Assembly: GCA_039621445.1 (NCBI GenBank)
Contig: CP154954.1
Location: forward strand, 11,960,716-12,024,715
Length of the DNA stretch: 64,000 nt
From: Euglena gracilis
Lineage: Eukaryota
Direction of reading: 5' to 3'
In this document: piece by piece, positions 47,570 to 58,600 of the stretch
Numbering within the stretch: position 1 is the first letter of the stretch
How the letters are laid out: each line of letters starts with the position of its first letter
The notes under the pieces: model-generated
What the model was told of the DNA's origin: nothing
Databases searched by the model: none
The model's input: only the letters and a program-made list of their open reading frames with translations
Position numbers and translations under genes: made by a program

Positions 47570-47898
47570 CGTTCTGCCATGTTCTGCCAAAAAAACGTTC
47601 TGCCATGTTGAAAGAGAATGGATACAAAAATTCGTCGACGGGCACAAAAAGAAATGGTCTGTGTTCGATATTACAATTTCTCAGGAAGGATTCATAATCA
47701 AAAAAATCCAAAAATCGGAAGGGACCAATTAATCGTTAGTCGTCCGAGACACCCCGATTAATCGCGATTAATCGTTCGCCGGCCCAAAACGATTAATTGG
47801 CACAACCCTACTGGCTGGAGTTGATGGCTTCCACAAAATCCAAATTCCATAAAATATGGCTGGCACCCTTTAGTGATGATTCTGAGAATGTATGCATC

Positions 47899-47971
47899 GC
47901 TCACATAGCTCAGTTGGTACAGTGCCTGCTTCATGACAGGGAGGTCGCGGGTTCGAACCCTGCTGTGTGCA
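47899..47971 (+). pseudogene. tRNA-like relic (CAT at the anticodon position)
   Basis: TAGCTCAGTTGGTA A-box, GCGGG-TTCGAAC-CCTGC T-arm, acceptor 6/7 paired; D and anticodon stems mispaired. Confidence 0.6.
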
Positions 47972-48041
47972 CCTTTTCCTCATATTTTTGCCTTAATGTA
48001 TAATATTAAAAGAATTTTCTCCTACAAATATGGTTAAAAAG

Positions 48042-48116
48042 TGCACACACGGTGGGGTTCGAACCCACGACCGCTCGCTTACTCAACGAGCGCAGTACCA
48101 ACTGAGCTACATGTAC
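48042..48116 (-). pseudogene. tRNA-like relic (AGT/Thr at the anticodon position)
   Basis: GTACATG-TAGCTCAGTTGGTA..., anticodon stem CTCGT/GCGAG, GTGGG-TTCGAAC-CCCAC, T-run downstream; U33 replaced and D-stem broken. Confidence 0.6.
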
Positions 48117-49629
48117 GATGCCTATCAAAAGCGTCTGAATAGATAAAGGACCTTTGGACGACAGAATTTGTCCCCCCCCAAACAAAGTGGCCAGTGCCTT
48201 CTCCCTTGTCACCCCCCAAAGTGTCCGTGTCCCCCCCCCCCCCGAGGGTGGACATTTCAGGGTCCCACGGCACCCTGGCCACTTTGGGGGGGGTGAGGGT
48301 ATATGGTTTTTGAGGTTGGGGGAGGGGGCCAAGGTGAATTGTTCAAACAAAATAAATTTCATAAATTTCATAAATTTCATAAATTTCAGTAAGTTACCAT
48401 AATGTAATTTATAAATCTTAAATTACGCGAAATTCGCAATGCTACCTATGGGCGCTTTGGAAAAACGCAGGGAGGTGGCCTACGCCTGGAGGAAAGTCCT
48501 ACCGAGACTCGAATGTACCACCCCCCCCCCCCCATATTGTCCCCCCCCCATATTGTCCCTCGGCCCGGCCGACGAGGGGTTTTTTTGGCTCGGCCAGAAA
48601 TTTCCTTTGGTACCCCCATATTGTCCCCCCCCCCATATTGTCATGTCGGGCCTCCTGGGGAGAGGTCGGTGGGACAATATGGGGGGGGGGGGTAGGACTC
48701 ACGTGCTCAAGGTGTTTCCTAACTTTCATGACCGAAAATGAAAGGAAAGGTTTCACGGATTTTATCTTTCTTTCAGAGCAGTTTTCACAAATTGAACAAC
48801 CCTGTCACGGGAAACTGTCGTGTTGGACAAGGTTCCCGAGTTGCGCTGTTCCAATTTGGAAAGCAAGTTAAATTTATGTACTGCAGAAACAATGCAAGCC
48901 GTTAACGTTACAAATGCATGTGTGACTAGTGTTGCTGCTGCACTCCCTCCACTTTGGTAGATCACCTCTGATCTTTCAAATTGTACAGGTAATTTGGCGG
49001 GACTTCAAACAGCATTTTGAACTTTTCTGTAGCCAGCAAGTGTTCCCTCCAACCGGGATGGTGTGTTTCTTTATCGGATCTGGCATTTCATTGTGAGACA
49101 AGTGGCAATTGCTTTTGAGAAAATTGCAGTTACGTTTTGAGACAATGGAAAGGATTTTGAGACGGGTGGCAAGTCATTTTGAGACTGATGGCAGACAGTG
49201 AGCAGTTATTTTTGCAACCTTCAAAAACGTTGTAAACTGACCTTGTTTAAAGTGTTTATAATTCCACACACAGACTTTTTAAGTTCAGTATGGCGGCCCC
49301 ACATCCTTTTTTGCACTTCCACTGCCGACACATTTGAGGTGCTACAATGGGAGCTGGTGCCTCAAGCGGGCCCGGTGTGCCTGCATGCCTGCCCCACCTC
49401 TAGCATACAACATTGAGCAGGCCATGGAAAACCATGAAAAAAGCGCCAAGCCAACCGAAGGAATCTCCCTTTTCCTGGTCAATGTCGTGGGATAAAAAAC
49501 CATTTTTTTTCCAAGCCTTTTTCCCTGAGCCAACACCATCTAACCCCCCCCCCAACTTACCCTCACCCCCCTCAAAGTGCCTCCACCCAAGGTGACCAAT
49601 TTTTTTTGGCAAATGTGGATTACCCTCAC

Positions 49630-52600
49630 CAGGGTGTGACGTAGAGCTCTTTGGGACACCACCCCAGCCCGGCCCGGCGCCCGGCGCGGCCCGGCGGCCT
49701 TGGCCCGGCGGCACGGCCCGGCGGCCCGGCGGCCCGGCCCGGCTGGCGGGTCGAAAACTGCTCATTTTCGGCTCAAAAACAGGTTTTACGGGTCCTGGAG
49801 GCCAAAAAACATTGTTCTGGGCAAAATTTTTTTTCGATTTTTTTCGACTTTTTTGGCCCGGTTTTGACCCAAAGTCAATGGGTTGGTGGCCCAAAACGGG
49901 GCACTGGAGGGTCGAAAAACGCTCATTTTTTTGGCTCGAAACCACTTTTTCAAGGTCCGGGAGGTCAAAAAACATGGTTTTGGGCGAAAAAAAAATTGAA
50001 TTTTTTGACTTTTTGACCCAAAAATGGCTAAGTCCACCGGCCAGGGGGGCGGGCCCCAGACAGGGGGGGCAGGGGGGGGGGTTCGGGTCGGAAAATTTTT
50101 TTTTGCCCAAAAACACTTTTTTTGATGTTCTAAAGTGAAAAAAAGTGTTTTTGAGCGAAATTTTTTTTCAAAATTTTGGGTCCCGACCTGCCACCCGGCC
50201 CCCCCCCGCCCAACCGCCCTTGAACCCCTGCAGGGGTCCCCTATTACCCAAAACTGGCCCAAAATCGCACAACCAGACCCCGGGAACCCCAAAAAACGGT
50301 CAACCCCCCCCCCCAAACCAATGATTGATCCCCTGGTTTGGGTCCCAACTCCCCGTCTAGCCCGAGATACGGCCAATTTACGGTTTCGGGCCCCGAAATG
50401 GCCAAAACTGGCAAAACGGGCCCAAAACCCCCAAAACGGCCGTATCTCGGGCTAGGCGAGGAGTTGGCCCAAACCGCGCATACCACAGGCTATTCACTTT
50501 GGGGGCCACGAAATCCAGTCACATCGATAATCCCGGGGTTTCCGGACCTGCCCAGGGGGGGGGGGGCGGGGGGTGGGGGGCCCGTCGCCGGGGTGGTAAG
50601 CTTCGCTCTTACTCTAAAGAGATAAGAGCTCAGCGACCAGGGTGTGACGTAGAGCTGAGCTCTTTGGGGGACCACTCCGGCCCGGCCCGCGAAAAACGCT
50701 CATTTTAGGCCCAAAAACATGTTTTCTGGGTCCGGGAGACCATAAAACATCGTTTTGGGCCAAAAAATTTTTCGCTTTTTTTCGACTTTTTTGACACGGT
50801 TTTGACCCAAAATCAATGGAGCTTTGGCAGGGGGGGGAGGGGGGGTCCCGAGGTCAGTTTTTTTTGCATTTTTTGGCACTTTTTGCTGTACTGTCTCAAC
50901 ACAGGGGGGGGGGTCCTGGGGTCCCAACTGTACTGCCAACCCCCCCCTCAAAAATTGGCCAAAAACCGGCGCCGAAGGCGCCGGAAAAATTTTTTAGGGC
51001 CTTTTTTTTTGGTCCAAAAAGGCCATTTTTGGTGTCAAAATTTTCATCTGTCTCGGACCGTGCACCAGGGGGGGGGTCCCAAAAATCCCAACTGTACAGG
51101 GGGGGGGAGGGGGGGGTCCCCAGAAAACCCCAACTGTACTGCCGTCGCCCCAATGGGTTGGCGAACCAAAAAGGGGCCCTGGTGGGTCAAAAAACGCTCA
51201 TTTTCAGCTCAAAAACACTTTTTCCGGGTCCGGGTGTCCAAAAAACATGGTTTTGGGCGAAAATTTTTTTCGATTTTTTTTTTCGACTTTTTGGCCCGAA
51301 AACGGCTAAGTCGGACAGTGGGAAAAGTGTACAAAACGGCCATTTGGACCGAAAAACGGCCATATCTCGGCCCAGGCGCGGAGTTGGCCCAAACTGCGAA
51401 CACCGGTGGATGGGGCGTCCCAAAGTTGTGGAATGAGGTACTCTTTACTTTTTCTCAACTCCCCAGCGTTTTCGAGATATTTTGAATTTTTCGATTTTTT
51501 GACCCCAAAATGACCCCCTGTTGCCGGTCCAACAAACTTTCTTTGAAAAAAAAACGGAAGACAACTTTTTTGCTCCGGCCATATCTCCGGCCTGGCGTGG
51601 AGTTGCGGGCAAAGTGAGGGCTCTGGACAACCTAGGGGGGTGTTTCCCCCGCGACCCCCCCGCGACCCCCCCCCCCCGCGACCCCCCCCCGCGACCCCAC
51701 CCTGAGCCCGATTCGGGTTTCCAAAAAGGACAAAAAAATTAATTGCATTAATTAATTAGGAATTGCATTAATTAGGAATTTGCCGCTGAATTAGGAATCA
51801 AAAACATGAAAAATTGGTCCCAAATTCCTAATTGTACCTATTTTCGGACCTAAATGGCTCGCAAATTCCTAATTGGGATCTAAATTTAGAGGATAGAATG
51901 ACGTCACACAAGTCACGCATGACCTGTCGCGAAACCCATTTCCCCCCCGCCCCCCCCCCCCCCCCCCCCCCCGACCCCAACACCCCTTAGGGACCCTCTC
52001 CTAACCTATAGGCTATTAACTTTTCGGGTCCGGAAATCAGGTCACATCGATAATCCGCGGGGGCCCGAGCCTACTCAGGGGGGGGGGCGGGGGGGTTAGG
52101 GGGGTTTGGGGGGGGGGGGGGGTAAGCTTCGCTCTTACTCTAAAGAGATAAGAGCTCAGCGACCCAGGGTGTGACGTAGAGCTGAGCTCTTTGGAAGACC
52201 ACCCCGGCTCGGCGACCCGGCCCAGCCCGGCCCGGCGGCCCGGCCGGCCGGCGGCCCGGCACGGCCCGGCCCGGCCGGCGGCCCGGCGCGGCCCGCCCGG
52301 GTTTGACCCAAAGTCAATGGGTTGGCGGCCCAAAACGGGGCGCTGGCGGGTCGAAAAACGTTCATTTTTGGCTCGAAAACACTTTTTTCGCGTCCGGGAG
52401 GTCAAAAAACATGGTTTTGGGCAAAATTTTTTTTGAATTTGTTTGACTTTTTGACCCAAAATTGGCCAAGTCCACCGGCCAGTGGGGCAGGTGGACCTGG
52501 GGGGGCCTGGGGGGGGGGGGTCCGGGTCGGAAAATTTTTTTTCGCTCAAAAACACTTTTTTTGATGTTCTGAAGTGAAAGAAAGTATTTTTGAGCGAAAA

Positions 52601-55600
52601 AATTTTTTTAAAATTTTTTGTTCTGACCTGTTACCTAACCCCCCGTCGCCCAGCCGCCCTCACACCGCCCGCTGGGGTCCCCGAATACCCAAAACTGGCC
52701 CAAAATCGCACAACCAGACCCCGGGAACCCCAAAAAACGGTCAACCCCTCCCCCCCCTGAACCTAATGATTGACCCCTGGTTTGGGTCCCAACTCCCCGT
52801 CTAGCCCGAGATACGGCCAATTTACGGTTTCGGTCCCCGAAATGGCCAAAACTGGCAAAACGGGCCCAAAACCCCCAAAACGGCCGTATCTCGGGCTAGG
52901 CGAGGAGTTGGCCCAAACCGCGCATACCACAGGCTATTCACTTTGGGGGCCACAAAATCCAGTCACATCGATAATCCCGGGGTTTCCGGACCTACCCAGG
53001 GGGGGGGGGCGGGGGGTGGGGGGCCCGTCGCCGGGGTGGTAAGCTTCGCTCTTACTCTAAAGAGATAAGAGCTCAGCGACCAGGGTGTGACGTAGAGCTG
53101 AGCTCTTTGGGGGACCACTCCGGCCCGGCCCGCGAAAAACGCTCATTTTAGGCCCAAAAACATGTTTTCTGGGTCCGGGAGACCATAAAACATCGTTTTG
53201 GGCCAAAAAAATTTTCGCTTTTTTTCGACTTTTTTGACACGGTTTTGACCCAAAATCAATGGAGCTTTGGCAGGGGGGGGGGTCCCGAGGTCAGTTTTTT
53301 TTTGCATTTTTTGGCACTTTTTGCTGTACTGTCTCAACACAGGGGGGGGGGGGAGGGTCCTGGGGTCCCAACTGTACTGCCAACCCCCCCCTCAAAAATT
53401 GGCCAAAAACCGGCGCCGAAGGCGCCGGAAAAATTTTTTAGGGCCTTTTTTTTTGGTCCAAAAAGGCCATTTTTGGTGTCAAAATTTTCATCTGTCTCGG
53501 ACCGTTCGGCACCAGGGGGGGGGTCCCAAAAATCCCAACTGTACAGGGGGGGGGAGGGGGGGGTCCCCAGAAAACCCCAACTGTACTGCCGTCGCCCCAA
53601 TGGTTAGGCAAACCAAAAAGGGGCCCTGGCGGGTCAAAAAACGCTCATTTTCAGCTCAAAAACACTTTTTCCGGGTCTTTTTTCTGGCCAAAAAACATGG
53701 TTTTGGGCGAAAATTTTTTTTCGATTTTTTTTTCGACTTTTTGGCCCGAAAACGGCTAAGTCGGACAGTGGGAAAAGTGTACAAAACGGCCATTTGGACC
53801 GAAAAACGGCCATATCTCGGCCCAGGCGCGGAGTTGGCCCAAACTGCGAACACCGGTGGATGGGGCGTCCCAAAGTTGTGGAATGAGGTACTCTTTACTT
53901 TTTCTCAACTCCCCAGCGTTTTCGAGATATTTTGAATTTTTCGATTTTTTGACCCCAAAAATGACCCCCTGTTGCCGGTCCAACAAACTTTCTTTGAAAA
54001 AAAAACGGAAGACAACTTTTTTGCTCCGGCCATATCTCCGGCCTGGCGTGGAGTTGCGGGCAAAGTGAGGGCTCTGGACAACCTAGGGGGGTGTTTCCCC
54101 CGCGACCCCCCCGCGACCCCCCCCGCGACCCCCCCCCGCGACCCCACCCTGAGCCCGATTCGGGTTTCCAAAAAGGACAAAAAAATTAATTGCATTAATT
54201 AATTAGGAATTGCATTAATTAGGAATTTGCCGCTGAATTAGGAATCAAAAACATGAAAAATTGGTCCCAAATTCCTAATTGTACCTATTTTCGGACCTAA
54301 ATGGCTCGCAAATTCCTAATTGGGATCTAAATTTAGAGGATAGAATGACGTCACACAAGTCACGCATGACCTGTCGCGAAACCCATTTCCCCCCCGCGAC
54401 CCCCCCCCCCGCGACCCCCCCGCGCCCCCCCCCCCCCGCGACCCCACCCCCCCCTAGGGACCCTCTCCTAACCTATAGGCTATTAACTTTTCGGGTCCGG
54501 AAATCAGGTCACATCGATAATCCGCGGGGGCCCGGGCCTTCCCAGGGGGGGGGGCGGGGGGGTTAGGGGGGTTTGGGGGGGGGGGGTAAGCTTCGCTCTT
54601 ACTCTAAAGAGATAAGAGCTCAGCGACCCAGGGTGTGACGTAGAGCTGAGCTCTTTGGAAGACCACCCCGGCTCGGCGACCCGGCCCAGCCCGGCCCGGC
54701 GGCCCGGCCCGGCCGGCGGCCCGGCACGGCCCGGCCCGGCCGGCGGCCCGGCGCGGCCCGCCCGGGTTTGACCCAAAGTCAATGGGTTGGCGGCCCAAAA
54801 CGGGGCGCTGGCGGGTCGAAAAACGTTCATTTTTGGCTCGAAAACACTTTTTTCGCGTCCGGAAGGTCAAAAAACATGGTTTTGGGCAAAATTTTTTTTG
54901 AATTTGTTTGACTTTTTGACCCAAAATTGGCCAAGTCCACCGGCCAGTGGGGCAGGTGGACCTGGGGGGGCCTGGGGGGGGGGGTCCGGGTCGGAAAATT
55001 TTTTTTCGCTCAAAAACACTTTTTTTGATGTTCTGAAGTGAAAGAAAGTATTTTTGAGCGAAAAAATTTTTTCAAAATTTTGGGTCCCGACCTGCCACCC
55101 GACCCCCCGTCGCCCAGCCGCCCTCACACCGCCCGCTGGGGTCCCCGAATACCCAAAACTGGCCCAAAATCGCACAACCAGACCCCGGGAACCCCAAAAA
55201 ACGGTCAACCCCTCCCCCCCCCTGAACCTAATGATTGACCCCTGGTTTGGGTCCCAACTCCCCGTCTAGCCCGAGATACGGCCAATTTACGGTTTCGGTC
55301 CCCGAAATGGCCAAAACTGGCAAAACGGGCCCAAAACCCCCAAAACGGCCGTATCTCGGGCTAGGCGAGGAGTTGGCCCAAACCGCGCATACCACAGGCT
55401 ATTCACTTTGGGGGCCACAAAATCCAGTCACATCGATAATCCCGGGGTTTCCGGACCTACCCAGGGGGGGGGGGCGGGGGGTGGGGGGCCCGTCGCCGGG
55501 GTGGTAAGCTTCGCTCTTACTCTAAAGAGATAAGAGCTCAGCGACCAGGGTGTGACGTAGAGCTGAGCTCTTTGGGGGACCACTCCGGCCCGGCCCGCGA

Positions 55601-58600
55601 AAAACGCTCATTTTAGGCCCAAAAACATGTTTTCTGGGTCCGGGAGACCATAAAACATCGTTTTGGGCCAAAAAAATTTTCGCTTTTTTTCGACTTTTTT
55701 GACACGGTTTTGACCCAAAATCAATGGAGCTTTGGCAGGGGGGGGGGTCCCGAGGTCAGTTTTTTTTTGCATTTTTTGGCACTTTTTGCTGTACTGTCTC
55801 AACACAGGGGGGGGGGGAGGGTCCTGGGGTCCCAACTGTACTGCCAACCCCCCCCTCAAAAATTGGCCAAAAACCGGCGCCGAAGGCGCCGGAAAAATTT
55901 TTTAGGGCCTTTTTTTTGGTCCAAAAAGGCCATTTTTGGTGTCAAAATTTTCATCTGTCTCGGACCGTTCGGCACCAGGGGGGGGGGGTCCCAAAAATCC
56001 CAACTGTACAGGGGGGGGGAGGGGGGGGTCCCCAGAAAACCCCAACTGTACTGCCGTCGCCCCAATGGTTAGGCAAACCAAAAAGGGGCCCTGGCGGGTC
56101 AAAAAACGCTCATTTTCAGCTCAAAAACACTTTTTCCGGGTCTTTTTTCTGGCCAAAAAACATGGTTTTGGGCGAAAATTTTTTTTCGATTTTTTTTTCG
56201 ACTTTTTGGCCCGAAAACGGCTAAGTCGGACAGTGGGAAAAGTGTACAAAACGGCCATTTGGACCGAAAAACGGCCATATCTCGGCCCAGGCGCGGAGTT
56301 GGCCCAAACTGCGAACACCGGTGGATGGGGCGTCCCAAAGTTGTGGAATGAGGTACTCTTTACTTTTTCTCAACTCCCCAGCGTTTTCGAGATATTTTGA
56401 ATTTTTCGATTTTTTGACCCCAAAAATGACCCCCTGTTGCCGGTCCAACAAACTTTCTTTGAAAAAAAAACGGTAGACAACTTTTTTGCTCCGGCCATAT
56501 CTCCGGCCTGGCGTGGAGTTGCGGGCAAAGTGAGGGCTCTGGACAACCTAGGGGGGTGTTTCCCCCGCGCCCCCCCCCGCCCCCCCCCCTCGCCCCCCCC
56601 CCCCCGCGACCCCACCCTGAGGACCGATTCGGGTTTCCAAAAAGGACAAAAAAATTAATTGCATTAATTAATTAGGACTTGCCTTAATTAGGAATTTCCC
56701 GCTGAATTAGGAATCAAAAACATGAAAATTGGTCCCAAATTCCTAATTGTACCTATTTTCGGACCTAAATGGCTCGCAAATTCCTATTGGTATTTTCTAA
56801 TTTAAGGATAGTAAGACGTCACAACAGTCACGCATGACCTGTCGCGAAACCCATTTCCCCCCCCCGCGACCCCCCCCCCCCGCCCCCCCCCCGCGACCCC
56901 CCCCCCGCGACCCCAACACCCCCTAGAGACCCTCTCCTAACCTATAGGCTATTAACTTTTCGGGTCCGGAAATCAGGTCACATCGATAATCCGCGGGGGC
57001 CCGAGCCTACTCAGGGGGGGGGGGCGGGGGGGGTCAGGGGGGTTTGGGGGGGGGGGGTGGTACGCTTCGCTCTGACTCTAAAGAGATAACAGCTCAGCTA
57101 CCCAGGGTCTGACGTAGAGCTGAGCTCTTTGGAAGACCCCCCCGACTCGGCGACCCGGCCCAGCCCGGCCCGGCTGCCGTCCCGGCGGCCGGCCCGGCCC
57201 GGCCCGGCCCGCCCGGGTTTGACCCAAAGTCAATGGGTTTGGCGGCCCAAAACGGGCGCTGGCGGGTCGAAAAACGTTCATTTTTGGCTCGAAAACACTT
57301 TTTTTCGCGTCCGGGAGGTCAAAAAACATGGTTTTGGGGCAAAATTTTTTTTGAATTTGTTTGACTTTTTGACCCAAAATTGGCCAGTCCCACCGGCCAG
57401 TGGGGCAGGTGGACCTTGTGGGGAGCCATGGGTGGGGGGGGGTCCGGTGAAAACCAAGCGGAAAACCAACAAAATAGGGGAAAATGCCGGTGAACAAAAA
57501 CGAAGGTGAAAAGGGAAGGGATGATGGACAGGGTGAACTGTACGGTTAAAGGTGCCTATCGGATCTAGCCATGGAGGTAAGGGGCAGAAGAAACAGAGTG
57601 GTGGCGGTGCTATTAGTGAGGGAAAGCATGTCTCCCTTGCACACTTTTTATTTCGCTCAAAAACGTTTTTTGATGTGTCTGATGAAGAAAGTTATCTTTT
57701 GAGCGAAAAATTTTTTCAAAATTTTTGGGGGCGCCCAAAATCGCACAACCAGACCCCGGGAACCCCAAAAAACGGTCAACCCCTCCCCCCCCTGAACCTA
57801 ATGATTGACCCCTGGTTTGGGTCCCAACTCCCCGTCTAGCCCGAGATACGGCCAATTTACGGTTTCGGTCCCCGAAATGGCCAAAACTGGCAAAACGGGC
57901 CCAAAACCCCCAAAACGGCCGTATCTCGGGCTAGGCGAGGAGTTGGCCCAAACCGCGCATACCACAGGCTATTCACTTTGGGGGCCACGAAATCCAGTCA
58001 CATCGATAATCCCGGGGTTTCCGGACCTACCCAGGGGGGGGGGGGGCGGGGGGGGGGGGGCCCATCGCCGGGTGGTAAGCTTCGCTCTTACTCTAAAGAG
58101 ATAAGAGCTCAGCGACCAGGGTGTGACGTAGAGCTGAGCTCTTTGGGGGACCACTCCGGCCCGGCCCGCGAAAAACGCTCATTTTAGGCCCAAAAACATG
58201 TTTTCTGGGTCCGGGAGACCATAAAACATCGTTTTGGGCCAAAAAAATTTTCGCTTTTTTTCGACTTTTTTGACACGGTTTTGACCCAAAATCAATGGAG
58301 CTTTGGCAGGGGGGGGTCCCGAGGTCAGTTTTTTTTTTTGCATTTTTTGGCACTTTTTGCTGTACTGTCTCAACACAGGGGGGGGGGGAGGGTCCTGGGG
58401 TCCCAACTGTACTGCCAACCCCCCCCTCAAAAATTGGCCAAAAACCGGCGCCGAAGGCGCCGGAAAATTTTTTTAGGGCCTTTTTTTTGGTCCAAAAAGG
58501 CCATTTTTGGTGTCAAAATTTTCATCTGTCTCGGACCGTTCGGCACCAGGGGGGGGGGTCCCAAAAATCCCAACTGTACAGGGGGGGGGAGGGGGGGGTC

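Larger units (their letters stand above)
36670..47810. mobile_element. Non-autonomous TIR element (about 520 bp of own sequence) split by the YR retrotransposon
   Basis: Imperfect 21-bp TIR TAGGGCTGTTTCGATTAATCG / CGATTAATTGGCACAACCCTA; CTGGCTG duplicated at 36663-36669 and 47811-47817; subterminal CGATTAATCG palindromes at both ends. Confidence 0.8.

Noticed and set aside
47899-48116. Functional tRNA-Met and tRNA-Thr genes
   Set aside because: Broken D and anticodon stems, loss of U33 in one and acceptor mismatches; kept only as relics
57425-57730. Divergent purine-rich patch in one satellite unit
   Set aside because: No TIR or TSD; surrounding unit is error-rich, suggesting low-quality consensus
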